Source: Schmidtea nova
Lineage: Eukaryota
Length of the DNA stretch: 64,000 nucleotides
Direction: 5' to 3'
Assembly: GCA_044892505.1 (NCBI GenBank)
Contig: CM097882.1
Coordinates: forward strand, 216,566,001 to 216,630,000
Part shown: positions 1 to 15,023 of the stretch, piece by piece
Position numbering within the stretch: the stretch's first letter is position 1
Layout of the letters: each line of letters opens with the position of its first letter
The notes under the pieces: model-generated
The model's input: only the letters and a program-made list of their open reading frames with translations
Told to the model about the DNA's origin: nothing
The model's database searches: none
Position numbers and translations under genes: made by a program

Positions 1-3000
1 TCTGTTTTCTGTATTATTTTTCTTATTGATATTTATTTTTTATAAATTTTCAATAAGATTTCTTTACATTTTTAAAAGTTTTATTTGAATCTCTAAAATA
101 GAAATCATTTTTTGATTTGCTGTTTTATTTGATTGAACTCTTTAATTTTATTTTCTCTCTTAATCTTCAAATTATCTTAAATTTTCTTCTTAATTTTTTT
201 TCAAAATGTTTCTTTTTCAAAATTTTTTATTGTAACAATTTTTTTATTTTCTCTAATTTCTAACAATTTTATTGGTTAAAAATTAAATATATTTTTCTTT
301 CACTTTTGGTGTTTTCTTTTTTCATTTTTCTGATTTTCTGGAAACTGGATTTTTTTCTTTGCTACTCGAAAACAGAAAACATTTTTTTATTTTCTGTTTT
401 GTGTATTATTTTTCTTTTTGATATTTATTTTTTATAAATTTTCAATAAGATTTCTTTACATTTTTAAAAGTTTTATTCGAATCTCTAAAATAGAAATCAT
501 TTTTTGATTTGCTGTTTTATTTGATTGAACTCTTTATTTTTATTTTCTCTCTAAATCTTCAAATTATCTTCTTAATTTTTTTTCAAATTTTTCTTTTTCA
601 AAATTTTTTATTGTAACAATTTTTTTATTTTCTCTAATTTCTATCAATTTTATTGGTTAAAAATTAAAAATATTTTTCTTTCACTTCTTGTGTTTTCTTT
701 TTTTCTTTTTCTGATTTTCTGGAAACTGGATTTTTTTCTTTGATACTCGAAAACAGAAAACATTTTTTTATTTTCTGCTTTGTGTATTATTTTTCTTATT
801 GATATTTATTTTTTATAAATTTTCAATAAGATTTCTTTACATTTTTAAAGTTTTATTTGAATCTCTAAAATAGAAATCAATTTTTGATTTGCTGTTTTAT
901 TTGATTGAACTCTTTATTTTTATTTTCTCTCTAAATCTTCAAATTATCTTCTTAATTTTTTTTCAAATTTTTCTTTTTCATAATTTGTTATTGTAACAAT
1001 TTTTTTATTTTCTCTAATTTCTATAAATTTTATTGGTTAAAAATTAAATATATTTTTCTTTCACTTTTGGTCCTTTCTTTTTTCATTTTTCTGATTTTCT
1101 GGAAACTGGATTTTTTTCTTTGATACTCGAAAACAGAATCTCTATTTGAATCTTCTATTTGAATCTCTAAAATAGAAATCATTTTTTGATTTGCTGTTTT
1201 ATTTGATTGAACTCTTTAATTTTATTTTCTCTCTTAATCTTCAAATTATCTTAAATTTTCTTCTTAATTTTTTTTCAAAATGTTTCTTTTTCAAAATTTT
1301 TTATTGTAACAATTTTTTTATTTTCTCTAAGTTCTATCAATTTTATTGGTTAAAAATTAAAAATATTTTTCTTTCACTTCTTGTGTTTTCTTTTTTTCTT
1401 TTTCTGATTTTCTGGAAACTGGATTTTTTTCTTTGATACTCGAAAACAGAAAACATTTTTTTATTTTCTGCTTTGTGTATTATTTTTCTTATTGATATTT
1501 ATTTTTTATAAATTTTCAATAAGATTTCTTTACATTTTTAAAGTTTTATTTGAATCTCTAAAATAGAAATCAATTTTTGATTTGCTGTTTTATTTGATTG
1601 AACTCTTTATTTTTATTTTCTCTCTAAATCTTCAAATTATCTTCTTAATTTTTTTTCAAATTTTTCTTTTTCATAATTTGTTATTGTAACAATTTTTTTA
1701 TTTTCTCTAATTTCTATCAATTTTATTGGTTAAAAATTAAATATATTTTTCTTTCACCTTTGGTCCTTTCTTTTTTCATTTTTTTGATTTTCTGGAAACT
1801 GGATTTTTTTCTTTGATACTCGAAAACAGAAAACATTTTTTTATTTTCTGTTTTCTGTATTATTTTTCTTATTGATATTTATTTTTTATAAATTTTCAAT
1901 AAGATTTCTTTACATTTTTAAAAGTTTTATTTGAATCTCTAAAATAGAAATCATTTTTTGATTTGCTGTTTTATTTGATTGAACTCTTTAATTTTATTTT
2001 CTCTCTTAATCTTCAAATTATCTTAAATTTTCTTCTTAATTTTTTTTCAAAATGTTTCTTTTTCAAAAATTTTTTATTGTAACAATTTTTTTATTTTCTC
2101 TAATTTCTAACAATTTTATTGGTTAAAAATTAAATATATTTTTCTTTCACTTTTAGTCTTTTCTTTTTTCATTTTTCTGTTTTTCTGGAAACTGGATTTT
2201 TTTCTTTGATACTCGAAAACAGAAAACATTTTTTTATTTTTTGCTTTGTGTATTATTTTTCTTATTGATATTTATTTTTTATAAATTTTCAATAAGATTT
2301 CTTTACATTTTTAAAAGTTTTATTTAAATCTCTAAAATCTTTATTTTTATTTTCTGTCTAAATCTTCAAATTATCTTCTTAATTTTTTTTCAAATTTTTC
2401 TTTTTCATAATTTGTTATTGTAACAATTTTTTTATTTTCTCTAATTTCTATCAATTTTATTGGTTAAAAATTAAATATATTTTTCTTTCACCTTTGGTCT
2501 TTTCTTTTTTCATTTTTTTGATTTTCTGGAAACTGGATTTTTTTCTTTGATACTCGAAAACAGAAAACATTTTTTTATTTTCTGTTTTCTGTATTATTTT
2601 TCTTATTGATATTTATTTTGTATAAATTTTCAATAAGATTTCTTTACATTTTTAAAAGTTTTATTTGAATCTCTAAAATAGAAATCATTTTTTGATTTGC
2701 TGTTTTATTTGATTGAACTCTTTATTTTTATTTTCTCTCTAAATCTTCAAATTATCTTCTTAATTTTTTTTCAAATTTTTCTTTTTCATAATTTGTTATT
2801 GTAACAATTTTTTTATTTTCTCTAATTTCTATCAATTTTATTGGTTAAAAATTAAATATATTTTTCTTTCACTTTTGGTCCTTTCTTTTTTCATTTTTCT
2901 GATTTTCTGGAAACTGGATTTTTTTCTTTGATACTCGAAAACAGAATCTCTATTTGAATCTTCTATTTGAATCTCTAAAATAGAAATCATTTTTTGATTT

Positions 3001-6000
3001 GCTGTTTTATTTGATTGAACTCTTTAATTTTATTTTCTCTCTTAATCTTCAAATTATCTTAAATTTTCTTCTTAATTTTTTTTCAAAATGTTTCTTTTTC
3101 AAAATTTTTTATTGTAACAATTTTTTTATTTTCTCTTATTTCTAACAATTTTATTGGTTAAAAATTAAATATATTTTTCTTTCACTTTTGGTCTTTTCAT
3201 TTTCATTTTTCTGATTTTCTGGAAACGATTTTTTTCTTTGATACTCGAAAACAGAAAACATTTTTTTTTTTTGTTTTGTGTATTATTTTTCTTATTGATA
3301 TTTATTTTTTATAAATTTTCAATTAGATTTCTTTACATTTTTAAAAGTTTTATTTGAATCTCTAAAATAGAAATCAATTTTTGATTTGCTGTTTTATTTG
3401 ATTGAACTCTTTATTTTTATTTTCTGTCTAAATCTTCATATTATCTTCTTAATTTTTTTTCAAATTTTTCTTTCTCATAATTTGTTATTGTAACAATTTT
3501 TTTATTTTCTCTAATTTCTATCAATTTTATTGGTTAAAAATTAAAAATATTTTTCTTTCACTTCTTGTGTTTTCTTTTTTTCTTTTTCTGATTTTCTGGA
3601 AACTGGATTTTTTTCTTTGATACTCGAAAACAGAAAACATATTTTTATTTTCTGATTTGTGTATTATTTTTCTTATTGATATTTATTTTTTATAAATTTT
3701 CAATTAGATTTCTTTACATTTTTAAAGTTTTATTTGAATCTCTAAAATAGAAATCATTTTGTGATTTGCTGTTTTATTTGATTGAACTCTTTAATTTTAT
3801 TTTCTCTCTTAATCTTCAAATTATCTTAAATTTTCTTCTTAATTTTTTTTCAAAATGTTTCTTTTTCAAAATTTTTTATTGTAACAATTTTTTTATTTTT
3901 TCTAATTTCTATCAATTTTATTGGTTAAAAATTAAATATATTTTTCTTTCACTTGTGTTTTCTTTTTTTCTTTTTCTGATTTTCTGGAAACTGGATTTTT
4001 TTCTTTGATACTCGAAAACAGAAAACATATTTTTATTTTCTGATTTGTGTATTATTTTTCTTATTGAAATTTATTTTTTATAAATTTTCAATAAGATTTC
4101 TTTACATTTTTAAAGTTTTATTTGAATCTCTAAAATAGAAATCATTTTTTGATTTGCTGTTTTATTTGATTGAACTCTTTAATTTTATTTTCTCTCTTAA
4201 TCTTCAAATTATCTTAAATTTTCTTCTTAATTTTTTTTCAAAATGTTTCTTTTTCAAAATTTTTTATTGTAACAATTTTTTATTTTCTCTAATTTCTAAC
4301 AATTTTATTGGTTAAAAATTAAATATATTTTTCTTTCACTTTTAGTCTTTTCTTTTTTCATTTTTCTGTTTTCTGGAAACTGGATTTTTTTCTTTGATAC
4401 TCGAAAACAGAAAACATTTTTTTATTTTCTGCTTTGTGTATTATTTTTCTTATTGATATTTATTTTTCATAAATTTTCAATAAGATTTCTTTACATTTTT
4501 AAAAGTTTTATTTAAATCTCTAAAATAGAAATCATTTTTTGATTTGCTGTTTTATTTGATTGAAATCTTTATTTTTATTTTCTGTCTAAATCTTCAAATT
4601 ATCTTCTTAATTTTTTTTCAAATTTTTCTTTTTCATAATTTGTTATTGTAACAATTTTTTTATTTTCTCTAATTTCTAACAATTTTATTGGTTAAAAATT
4701 AAATATATTTTTCTTTCACTTTTAGTCTTTTCTTTTTTCATTTTTCTGTTTTCTGGAAACTGGATTTTTTTCTTTGATACTCGAAAACAGAAAACATTTT
4801 TTTATTTTCTGCTTTGTGTATTATTTTTCTTATTGATATTTATTTTTCATAAATTTTCAATAAGATTTCTTTACATTTTTAAAAGTTTTATTTAAATCTC
4901 TAAAATAGAAATCATTTTTTGATTTGCTGTTTTATTTGATTGAAATCTTTATTTTTATTTTCTGTCTAAATCTTCAAATTATCTTCTTAATTTTTTTTCA
5001 AATTTTTCTTTTTCATAATTTGTTATTGTAACAATTTTTTTATTTTCTCTAATTTCTAACAATTTTATTGGTTAAAAATTAAAAATATTTTTCTTTCACT
5101 TCTTGTCTATTCTTTTTTCATTTTTCTGTTTTTCTGGAAACTGGATTTTTTTCTTTGATACTCGAAAACAGAAAACTTTTTTTTATTTTCTGCTTTGTGT
5201 ATTATTTTTCTTATTGATATTTATTTTTTATAAATTTTCAATTAGATTTCTTTACATTTTTAAAGTTTTATTTGAATCTCTAAAATAGAAATCATTTTGT
5301 GATTTGCTGTTTTATTTGATTGAACTCTTTAATTTTATTTTCTCTCTTAATCTTCAAATTATCTTAAATTTTCTTCTTAATTTTTTTTCAAAATGTTTCT
5401 TTTTCAAAATTTTTTATTGTAACAATTTTTTTATTTTTTCTAATTTCTATCAATTTTATTGGTTAAAAATTAAATATATTTTTCTTTCACTTGTGTTTTC
5501 TTTTTTTCTTTTTCTTATTTTCTGGAAACTGGATTTTTTTCTTTGATACTCGAAAACAGAAAACATATTTTTATTTTCTGATTTGTGTATTATTTTTCTT
5601 ATTGAAATTTATTTTTTATAAATTTTCAATAAGATTTCTTTACATTTTTAAAGTTTTATTTGAATCTCTAAAATAGAAATCATTTTTTGATTTGCTGTTT
5701 TATTTGATTGAACTCTTTATTTTTATTTTCTGTCTAAATCTTCAAATTATCTTCTTAATTTTTTTTCAAATGTTTCTTTTTCAAAATTTGTTATTGTAAC
5801 AATTTTTTTATTTTCTCTAATTTCTATCAATTTTATTGGTTAAAAATTAAATATATTTTTCTTTCACTTTTGGTCTTTTCTTTTTTCATTTTTCTGATTT
5901 TCTGGAAACTGGATTTTTTTCTTTGATACTCGAAAACAGAAAACATTTTTTTATTTTCTGTTTTGTGTATTATTTTTCTTTTTGATATTTATTTTTTATA

Positions 6001-9000
6001 AATTTTCAATAAGATTTCTTTACATTTTTAAAAGTTTTATTCGAATCTCTAAAATAGAAATCATTTTTTGATTTGCTGTTTTATTTGATTGAACTCTTTA
6101 TTTTTATTTTCTCTCTAAATCTTCAAATTATCTTCTTAATTTTTTTTCAAATTTTTCTTTTTCAAAATTTTTTATTGTAACAATTTTTTTATTTTCTCTA
6201 ATTTCTATCAATTTTATTGGTTAAAAATTAAAAATATTTTTCTTTCACTTCTTGTGTTTTCTTTTTTTCTTTTTCTGATTTTCTGGAAACTGGATTTTTT
6301 TCTTTGATACTCGAAAACAGAAAACATTTTTTTATTTTCTGCTTTGTGTATTATTTTTCTTATTGATATTTATTTTTTATAAATTTTCAATAAGATTTCT
6401 TTACATTTTTAAAGTTTTATTTGAATCTCTAAAATAGAAATCAATTTTTGATTTGCTGTTTTATTTGATTGAACTCTTTATTTTTATTTTCTCTCTAAAT
6501 CTTCAAATTATCTTCTTAATTTTTTTTCAAATTTTTCTTTTTCATAATTTGTTATTGTAACAATTTTTTTATTTTCTCTAATTTCTATCAATTTTATTGG
6601 TTAAAAATTAAATATATTTTTCTTTCACTTTTGGTCCTTTCTTTTTTCTTTTTTCTGATTTTCTGGAAACTGGATTTTTTTCTTTGATACTCGAAAACAG
6701 AATCTCTATTTGAATCTTCTATTTGAATCTCTAAAATAGAAATCATTTTTTGATTTGCTGTTTTATTTGATTGAACTCTTTAATTTTATTTTCTCTCTTA
6801 ATCTTCAAATTATCTTAAATTTTCTTCTTAATTTTTTTTCAAAATGTTTCTTTTTCAAAATTTTTTATTGTAACAATTTTTTTATTTTCTCTAATTTCTA
6901 TCAATTTTATTGGTTAAAAATTAAAAATATTTTTCTTTCACTTCTTGTGTTTTCTTTTTTTCTTTTTCTGATTTTCTGGAAACTGGATTTTTTTCTTTGA
7001 TACTCGAAAACAGAAAACATATTTTTATTTTCTGATTTGTGTATTATTTTTCTTATTGAAATTTATTTTTTATAAATTTTCAATAAGATTTCTTTACATT
7101 TTTAAAGTTTTATTTGAATCTCTAAAATAGAAATCATTTTTTGATTTGCTGTTTTATTTGATTGAACTCTTTAATTTTATTTTCTCTCTTAATCTTCAAA
7201 TTATCTTAAATTTTCTTCTTAATTTTTTTTCAAAATGTTTCTTTTTCAAAAATTTTTTATTGTAACAATTTTTTATTTTCTCTAATTTCTATCAATTTTA
7301 TTGGTTAAAAATTAAATATATTTTTCTTTCACTTTTAGTCTTTTCTTTTTTCATTTTTCTGTTTTCTGGAAACTGGATTTTTTTCTTTGATACTCGAAAA
7401 CAGAAAACATTTTTTTATTTTCTGCTTTGTGTATTATTTTTCTTATTGATATTTATTTTTTATAAATTTTCAATAAGATTTCTTTACATTTTTAAAAGTT
7501 TTATTTAAATCTCTAAAATAGAAATCATTTTTTGATTTGCTGTTTTATTTGATTGAAATCTTTATTTTTATTTTCTGTCTAAATCTTCAAATTATCTTCT
7601 TAATTTTTTTTCAAATTTTTCTTTTTCATAATTTGTTATTGTAACAATTTTTTTATTTTCTCTAATTTCTAACAATTTTATTGGTTAAAAATTAAAAATA
7701 TTTTTCTTTCACTTCTTGTCTATTCTTTTTTCATTTTTCTGTTTTTCTGGAAACTGGATTTTTTTCTTTGATACTCGAAAACAGAAAACTTTTTTTTATT
7801 TTCTGCTTTGTGTATTATTTTTCTTATTGATATTTATTTTTTATAAATTTTCAATTAGATTTCTTTACATTTTTAAAGTTTTATTTGAATCTCTAAAATA
7901 GAAATCATTTTGTGATTTGCTGTTTTATTTGATTGAACTCTTTAATTTTATTTTCTCTCTTAATCTTCAAATTATCTTAAATTTTCTTCTTAATTTTTTT
8001 TCAAAATGTTTCTTTTTCAAAATTTTTTATTGTAACAATTTTTTTATTTTTTCTAATTTCTATCAATTTTATTGGTTAAAAATTAAATATATTTTTCTTT
8101 CACTTGTGTTTTCTTTTTTTCTTTTTCTGATTTTCTGGAAACTGGATTTTTTTCTTTGATACTCGAAAACAGAAAACATATTTTTATTTTCTGATTTGTG
8201 TATTATTTTTCTTATTGAAATTTATTTTTTATAAATTTTCAATAAGATTTCTTTACATTTTTAAAGTTTTATTTGAATCTCTAAAATAGAAATCATTTTT
8301 TGATTTGCTGTTTTATTTGATTGAACTCTTTAATTTTATTTTCTCTCTTAATCTTCAAATTATCTTAAATTTTCTTCTTAATTTTTTTTCAAAATGTTTC
8401 TTTTTCAAAATTTGTTATTGTAACAATTTTTTTATTTTCTCTAATTTCTATCAATTTTATTGGTTAAAAATTAAATATATTTTTCTTTCACTTTTGGTCT
8501 TTTCTTTTTTCATTTTTCTGATTTTCTGGAAACTGGATTTTTTTCTTTGATACTCGAAAACAGAAAACATTTTTTTATTTTCTGTTTTGTGTATTATTTT
8601 TCTTTTTGATATTTATTTTTTATAAATTTTCAATAAGATTTCTTTACATTTTTAAAAGTTTTATTCGAATCTCTAAAATAGAAATCATTTTTTGATTTGC
8701 TGTTTTATTTGATTGAACTCTTTATTTTTATTTTCTCTCTAAATCTTCAAATTATCTTCTTAATTTTTTTTCAAATTTTTCTTTTTCAAAATTTTTTATT
8801 GTAACAATTTTTTTATTTTCTCTAATTTCTATCAATTTTATTGGTTAAAAATTAAAAATATTTTTCTTTCACTTCTTGTGTTTTCTTTTTTTCTTTTTCT
8901 GATTTTCTGGAAACTGGATTTTTTTCTTTGATACTCGAAAACAGAAAACATTTTTTTATTTTCTGCTTTGTGTATTATTTTTCTTATTGATATTTATTTT

Positions 9001-12000
9001 TTATAAATTTTCAATAAGATTTCTTTACATTTTTAAAGTTTTATTTGAATCTCTAAAATAGAAATCAATTTTTGATTTGCTGTTTTATTTGATTGAACTC
9101 TTTATTTTTATTTTCTCTCTAAATCTTCAAATTATCTTCTTAATTTTTTTTCAAATTTTTCTTTTTCATAATTTGTTATTGTAACAATTTTTTTATTTTC
9201 TCTAATTTCTATCAATTTTATTGGTTAAAAATTAAATATATTTTTCTTTCACTTTTGGTCCTTTCTTTTTTCATTTTTCTGATTTTCTGGAAACTGGATT
9301 TTTTTCTTTGATACTCGAAAACAGAATCTCTATTTGAATCTTCTATTTGAATCTCTAAAATAGAAATCATTTTTTGATTTGCTGTTTTATTTGATTGAAC
9401 TCTTTAATTTTATTTTCTCTCTTAATCTTCAAATTATCTTAAATTTTCTTCTTAATTTTTTTTCAAAATGTTTCTTTTTCAAAATTTTTTATTGTAACAA
9501 TTTTTTTATTTTCTCTAATTTCTATCAATTTTATTGGTTAAAAATTAAAAATATTTTTCTTTCACTTCTTGTGTTTTCTTTTTTTCTTTTTCTGATTTTC
9601 TGGAAACTGGATTTTTTTCTTTGATACTCGAAAACAGAAAACATTTTTTTATTTTCTGCTTTGCTGTTTTATTTGATTGAACTCTTTATTTTTATTTTCT
9701 CTCTAAATCTTCAAATTATCTTCTTAATTTTTTTTCAAATTTTTCTTTTTCATAATTTGTTATTGTAACAATTTTTTTATTTTCTCTAATTTCTATCAAT
9801 TTTATTGGTTAAAAATTAAATATATTTTTCTTTCACTTTTGGTCCTTTCTTTTTTCATTTTTCTGATTTTCTGGAAACTGGATTTTTTTCTTTGATACTC
9901 GAAAACAGAATCTCTATTTGAATCTTCTATTTGAATCTCTAAAATAGAAATCATTTTTTGATTTGCTGTTTTATTTGATTGAACTCTTTAATTTTATTTT
10001 CTCTCTTAATCTTCAAATTATCTTAAATTTTCTTCTTAATTTTTTTTCAAAATGTTTCTTTTTCAAAATTTTTTATTGTAACAATTTTTTTATTTTCTCT
10101 AATTTCTATCAATTTTATTGGTTAAAAATTAAAAATATTTTTCTTTCACTTCTTGTGTTTTCTTTTTTTCTTTTTCTGATTTTCTGGAAACTGGATTTTT
10201 TTCTTTGATACTCGAAAACAGAAAACATTTTTTTATTTTCTGCTTTGCTGTTTTATTTGATTGAACTCTTTATTTTTATTTTCTCTCTAAATCTTCAAAT
10301 TATCTTCTTAATTTTTTTTCAAATTTTTCTTTTTCATAATTTGTTATTGTAACAATTTTTTTATTTTCTCTAATTTCTATCAATTTTATTGGTTAAAAAT
10401 TAAATATATTTTTCTTTCACCTTTGGTCCTTTCTTTTTTCATTTTTTTGATTTTCTGGAAACTGGATTTTTTTCTTTGATACTCGCAAACAGAAAACATT
10501 TTTTTATTTTCTGTTTTCTGTATTATTTTTCTTATTGATATTTATTTTTTATAAATTTTCAATAAGATTTCTTTACATTTTTAAAAGTTTTATTTGAATC
10601 TCTAAAATAGAAATCATTTTTTGATTTGCTGTTTTATTTGATTGAACTCTTTAATTTTATTTTCTCTCTTAATCTTCAAATTATCTTAAATTTTCTTCTT
10701 AATTTTTTTTCAAAATGTTTCTTTTTCAAAAATTTTTTATTGTAACAATTTTTTTATTTTCTCTAATTTCTAACAATTTTATTGGTTAAAAATTAAATAT
10801 ATTTTTCTTTCACTTTTAGTCTTTTCTTTTTTCATTTTTCTGTTTTTCTGGAAACTGGATTTTTTTCTTTGATACTCGAAAACAGAAAACATTTTTTTAT
10901 TTTTTGCTTTGTGTATTATTTTTCTTATTGATATTTATTTTTTATAAATTTTCAATAAGATTTCTTTACATTTTTAAAAGTTTTATTTAAATCTCTAAAA
11001 TCTTTATTTTTATTTTCTGTCTAAATCTTCAAATTATCTTCTTAATTTTTTTTCAAATTTTTCTTTTTCATAATTTGTTATTGTAACAATTTTTTTATTT
11101 TCTCTAATTTCTATCAATTTTATTGGTTAAAAATTAAATATATTTTTCTTTCACCTTTGGTCTTTTCTTTTTTCATTTTTTTGATTTTCTGGAAACTGGA
11201 TTTTTTTCTTTGATACTCGAAAACAGAAAACATTTTTTTATTTTCTGTTTTCTGTATTATTTTTCTTATTGATATTTATTTTTTATAAATTTTCAATAAG
11301 ATTTCTTTACATTTTTAAAAGTTTTATTTGAATCTCTAAAATAGAAATCATTTTTTGATTTGCTGTTTTATTTGATTGAACTCTTTATTTTTATTTTCTC
11401 TCTAAATCTTCAAATTATCTTCTTAATTTTTTTTCAAATTTTTCTTTTTCATAATTTGTTATTGTAACAATTTTTTTATTTTCTCTAATTTCTATCAATT
11501 TTATTGGTTAAAAATTAAATATATTTTTCTTTCACTTTTGGTCCTTTCTTTTTTCATTTTTCTGATTTTCTGGAAACTGGATTTTTTTCTTTGATACTCG
11601 AAAACAGAATCTCTATTTGAATCTTCTATTTGAATCTCTAAAATAGAAATCATTTTTTGATTTGCTGTTTTATTTGATTGAACTCTTTAATTTTATTTTC
11701 TCTCTTAATCTTCAAATTATCTTAAATTTTCTTCTTAATTTTTTTTCAAAATGTTTCTTTTTCAAAATTTTTTATTGTAACAATTTTTTTATTTTCTCTT
11801 ATTTCTAACAATTTTATTGGTTAAAAATTAAATATATTTTTCTTTCACTTTTGGTCTTTTCATTTTCATTTTTCTGATTTTCTGGAAACGATTTTTTTCT
11901 TTGATACTCGAAAACAGAAAACATTTTTTTTTTTGTTTTGTGTATTATTTTTCTTATTGATATTTATTTTTTATAAATTTTCAATTAGATTTCTTTACAT

Positions 12001-15000
12001 TTTTAAAAGTTTTATTTGAATCTCTAAAATAGAAATCAATTTTTGATTTGCTGTTTTATTTGATTGAACTCTTTATTTTTATTTTCTGTCTAAATCTTCA
12101 TATTATCTTCTTAATTTTTTTTCAAATTTTTCTTTCTCATAATTTGTTATTGTAACAATTTTTTTATTTTCTCTAATTTCTATCAATTTTATTGGTTAAA
12201 AATTAAAAATATTTTTCTTTCACTTCTTGTGTTTTCTTTTTTTCTTTTTCTGATTTTCTGGAAACTGGATTTTTTTCTTTGATACTCGAAAACAGAAAAC
12301 ATATTTTTATTTTCTGATTTGTGTATTATTTTTCTTATTGATATTTATTTTTTATAAATTTTCAATTAGATTTCTTTACATTTTTAAAGTTTTATTTGAA
12401 TCTCTAAAATAGAAATCATTTTGTGATTTGCTGTTTTATTTGATTGAACTCTTTAATTTTATTTTCTCTCTTAATCTTCAAATTATCTTAAATTTTCTTC
12501 TTAATTTTTTTTCAAAATGTTTCTTTTTCAAAATTTTTTATTGTAACAATTTTTTTATTTTTTCTAATTTCTATCAATTTTATTGGTTAAAAATTAAATA
12601 TATTTTTCTTTCACTTGTGTTTTCTTTTTTTCTTTTTCTGATTTTCTGGAAACTGGATTTTTTTCTTTGATACTCGAAAACAGAAAACATATTTTTATTT
12701 TCTGATTTGTGTATTATTTTTCTTATTGAAATTTATTTTTTATAAATTTTCAATAAGATTTCTTTACATTTTTAAAGTTTTATTTGAATCTCTAAAATAG
12801 AAATCATTTTTTGATTTGCTGTTTTATTTGATTGAACTCTTTAATTTTATTTTCTCTCTTAATCTTCAAATTATCTTAAATTTTCTTCTTAATTTTTTTT
12901 CAAAATGTTTCTTTTTCAAAAATTTTTTATTGTAACAATTTTTTATTTTCTCTAATTTCTAACAATTTTATTGGTTAAAAATTAAATATATTTTTCTTTC
13001 ACTTTTAGTCTTTTCTTTTTTCATTTTTCTGTTTTCTGGAAACTGGATTTTTTTCTTTGATACTCGAAAACAGAAAACATTTTTTTATTTTCTGCTTTGT
13101 GTATTATTTTTCTTATTGATATTTATTTTTTATAAATTTTCAATAAGATTTCTTTACATTTTTAAAAGTTTTATTTAAATCTCTAAAATAGAAATCATTT
13201 TTTGATTTGCTGTTTTATTTGATTGAAATCTTTATTTTTATTTTCTGTCTAAATCTTCAAATTATCTTCTTAATTTTTTTTCAAATTTTTCTTTTTCATA
13301 ATTTGTTATTGTAACAATTTTTTTATTTTCTCTAATTTCTAACAATTTTATTGGTTAAAAATTAAAAATATTTTTCTTTCACTTCTTGTCTATTCTTTTT
13401 TCATTTTTCTGTTTTTCTGGAAACTGGATTTTTTTCTTTGATACTCGAAAACAGAAAACTTTTTTTTATTTTCTGCTTTGTGTATTATTTTTCTTATTGA
13501 TATTTATTTTTTATAAATTTTCAATTAGATTTCTTTACATTTTTAAAGTTTTATTTGAATCTCTAAAATAGAAATCATTTTGTGATTTGCTGTTTTATTT
13601 GATTGAACTCTTTAATTTTATTTTCTCTCTTAATCTTCAAATTATCTTAAATTTTCTTCTTAATTTTTTTTCAAAATGTTTCTTTTTCAAAATTTTTTAT
13701 TGTAACAATTTTTTTATTTTTTCTAATTTCTATCAATTTTATTGGTTAAAAATTAAATATATTTTTCTTTCACTTGTGTTTTCTTTTTTTCTTTTTCTGA
13801 TTTTCTGGAAACTGGATTTTTTTCTTTGATACTCGAAAACAGAAAACATATTTTTATTTTCTGATTTGTGTATTATTTTTCTTATTGAAATTTATTTTTT
13901 ATAAATTTTCAATAAGATTTCTTTACATTTTTAAAGTTTTATTTGAATCTCTAAAATAGAAATCATTTTTTGATTTGCTGTTTTATTTGATTGAACTCTT
14001 TAATTTTATTTTCTCTCTTAATCTTCAAATTATCTTAAATTTTCTTCTTAATTTTTTTTCAAAATGTTTCTTTTTCAAAAATTTTTTATTGTAACAATTT
14101 TTTATTTTCTCTAATTTATAACAATTTTATTGGTTAAAAATTAAATATATTTTTCTTTCACTTTTAGTCTTTTCTTTTTTCATTTTTCTGTTTTCTGGAA
14201 ACTGGATTTTTTTCTTTGATACTCGAAAACAGAAAACATTTTTTTATTTTCTGCTTTGTGTATTATTTTTCTTATTGATATTTATTTTTTATAAATTTTC
14301 AATAAGATTTCTTTACATTTTTAAAAGTTTTATTTAAATCTCTAAAATAGAAATCATTTTTTGATTTGCTGTTTTATTTGATTGAAATCTTTATTTTTAT
14401 TTTCTGTCTAAATCTTCAAATTATCTTCTTAATTTTTTTTCAAATTTTTCTTTTTCATAATTTGTTATTGTAACAATTTTTTTATTTTCTCTAATTTCTA
14501 ACAATTTTATTGGTTAAAAATTAAAAATATTTTTCTTTCACTTCTTGTCTATTCTTTTTTCATTTTTCTGTTTTTCTGGAAACTGGATTTTTTTCTTTGA
14601 TTCTCGAAAACAGAAAACTTTTTTTTATTTTCTGCTTTGTGTATTATTTTTCTTATTGATATTTATTTTTTATAAATTTTCAATAAGATTTCTTTACATT
14701 TTTAAAAGTTTTATTTGAATCTCTAAAATAGAAATCATTTTTTGATTTGCTGTTTTATTTGATTGAACTCTTTATTTTTATTTTCTGTCTAAATCTTCAA
14801 ATTATCTTCTTAATTTTTTTTCAAATGTTTCTTTTTCAAAATTTGTTATTGTAACAATTTTTTTATTTTCTCTAATTTCTATCAATTTTATTGGTTAAAA
14901 ATTAAATATATTTTTCTTTCACTTTTGGTCTTTTCTTTTTTCATTTTTCTGATTTTCTGGAAACTGGATTTTTTTCTTTGATACTCGAAAACAGAAAACA

Positions 15001-15023
15001 TTTTTTTATTTTTTGTTTTGTGT
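1..15023. repeat. Tandem satellite array, ~375-390 bp monomer, T-rich on + strand, with higher-order repeats
   Basis: The landmarks gatttgctgttttatttgattgaactc and ggaaactggatttttttctttgatactcgaaaacag recur about every 380-390 bp. Diagnostic variants recur at ~2.62 kb and ~8.66 kb offsets. The array runs off the window start. Confidence 0.97.

Noticed and set aside
1191-13829. Repeated 61-81-aa Phe/Leu-rich ORFs (MLFYLIEL..., MSILFSFF...)
   Set aside because: They are translations of the T-rich satellite monomer, start at TTG/other non-ATG codons, and their presence depends on homopolymer length.
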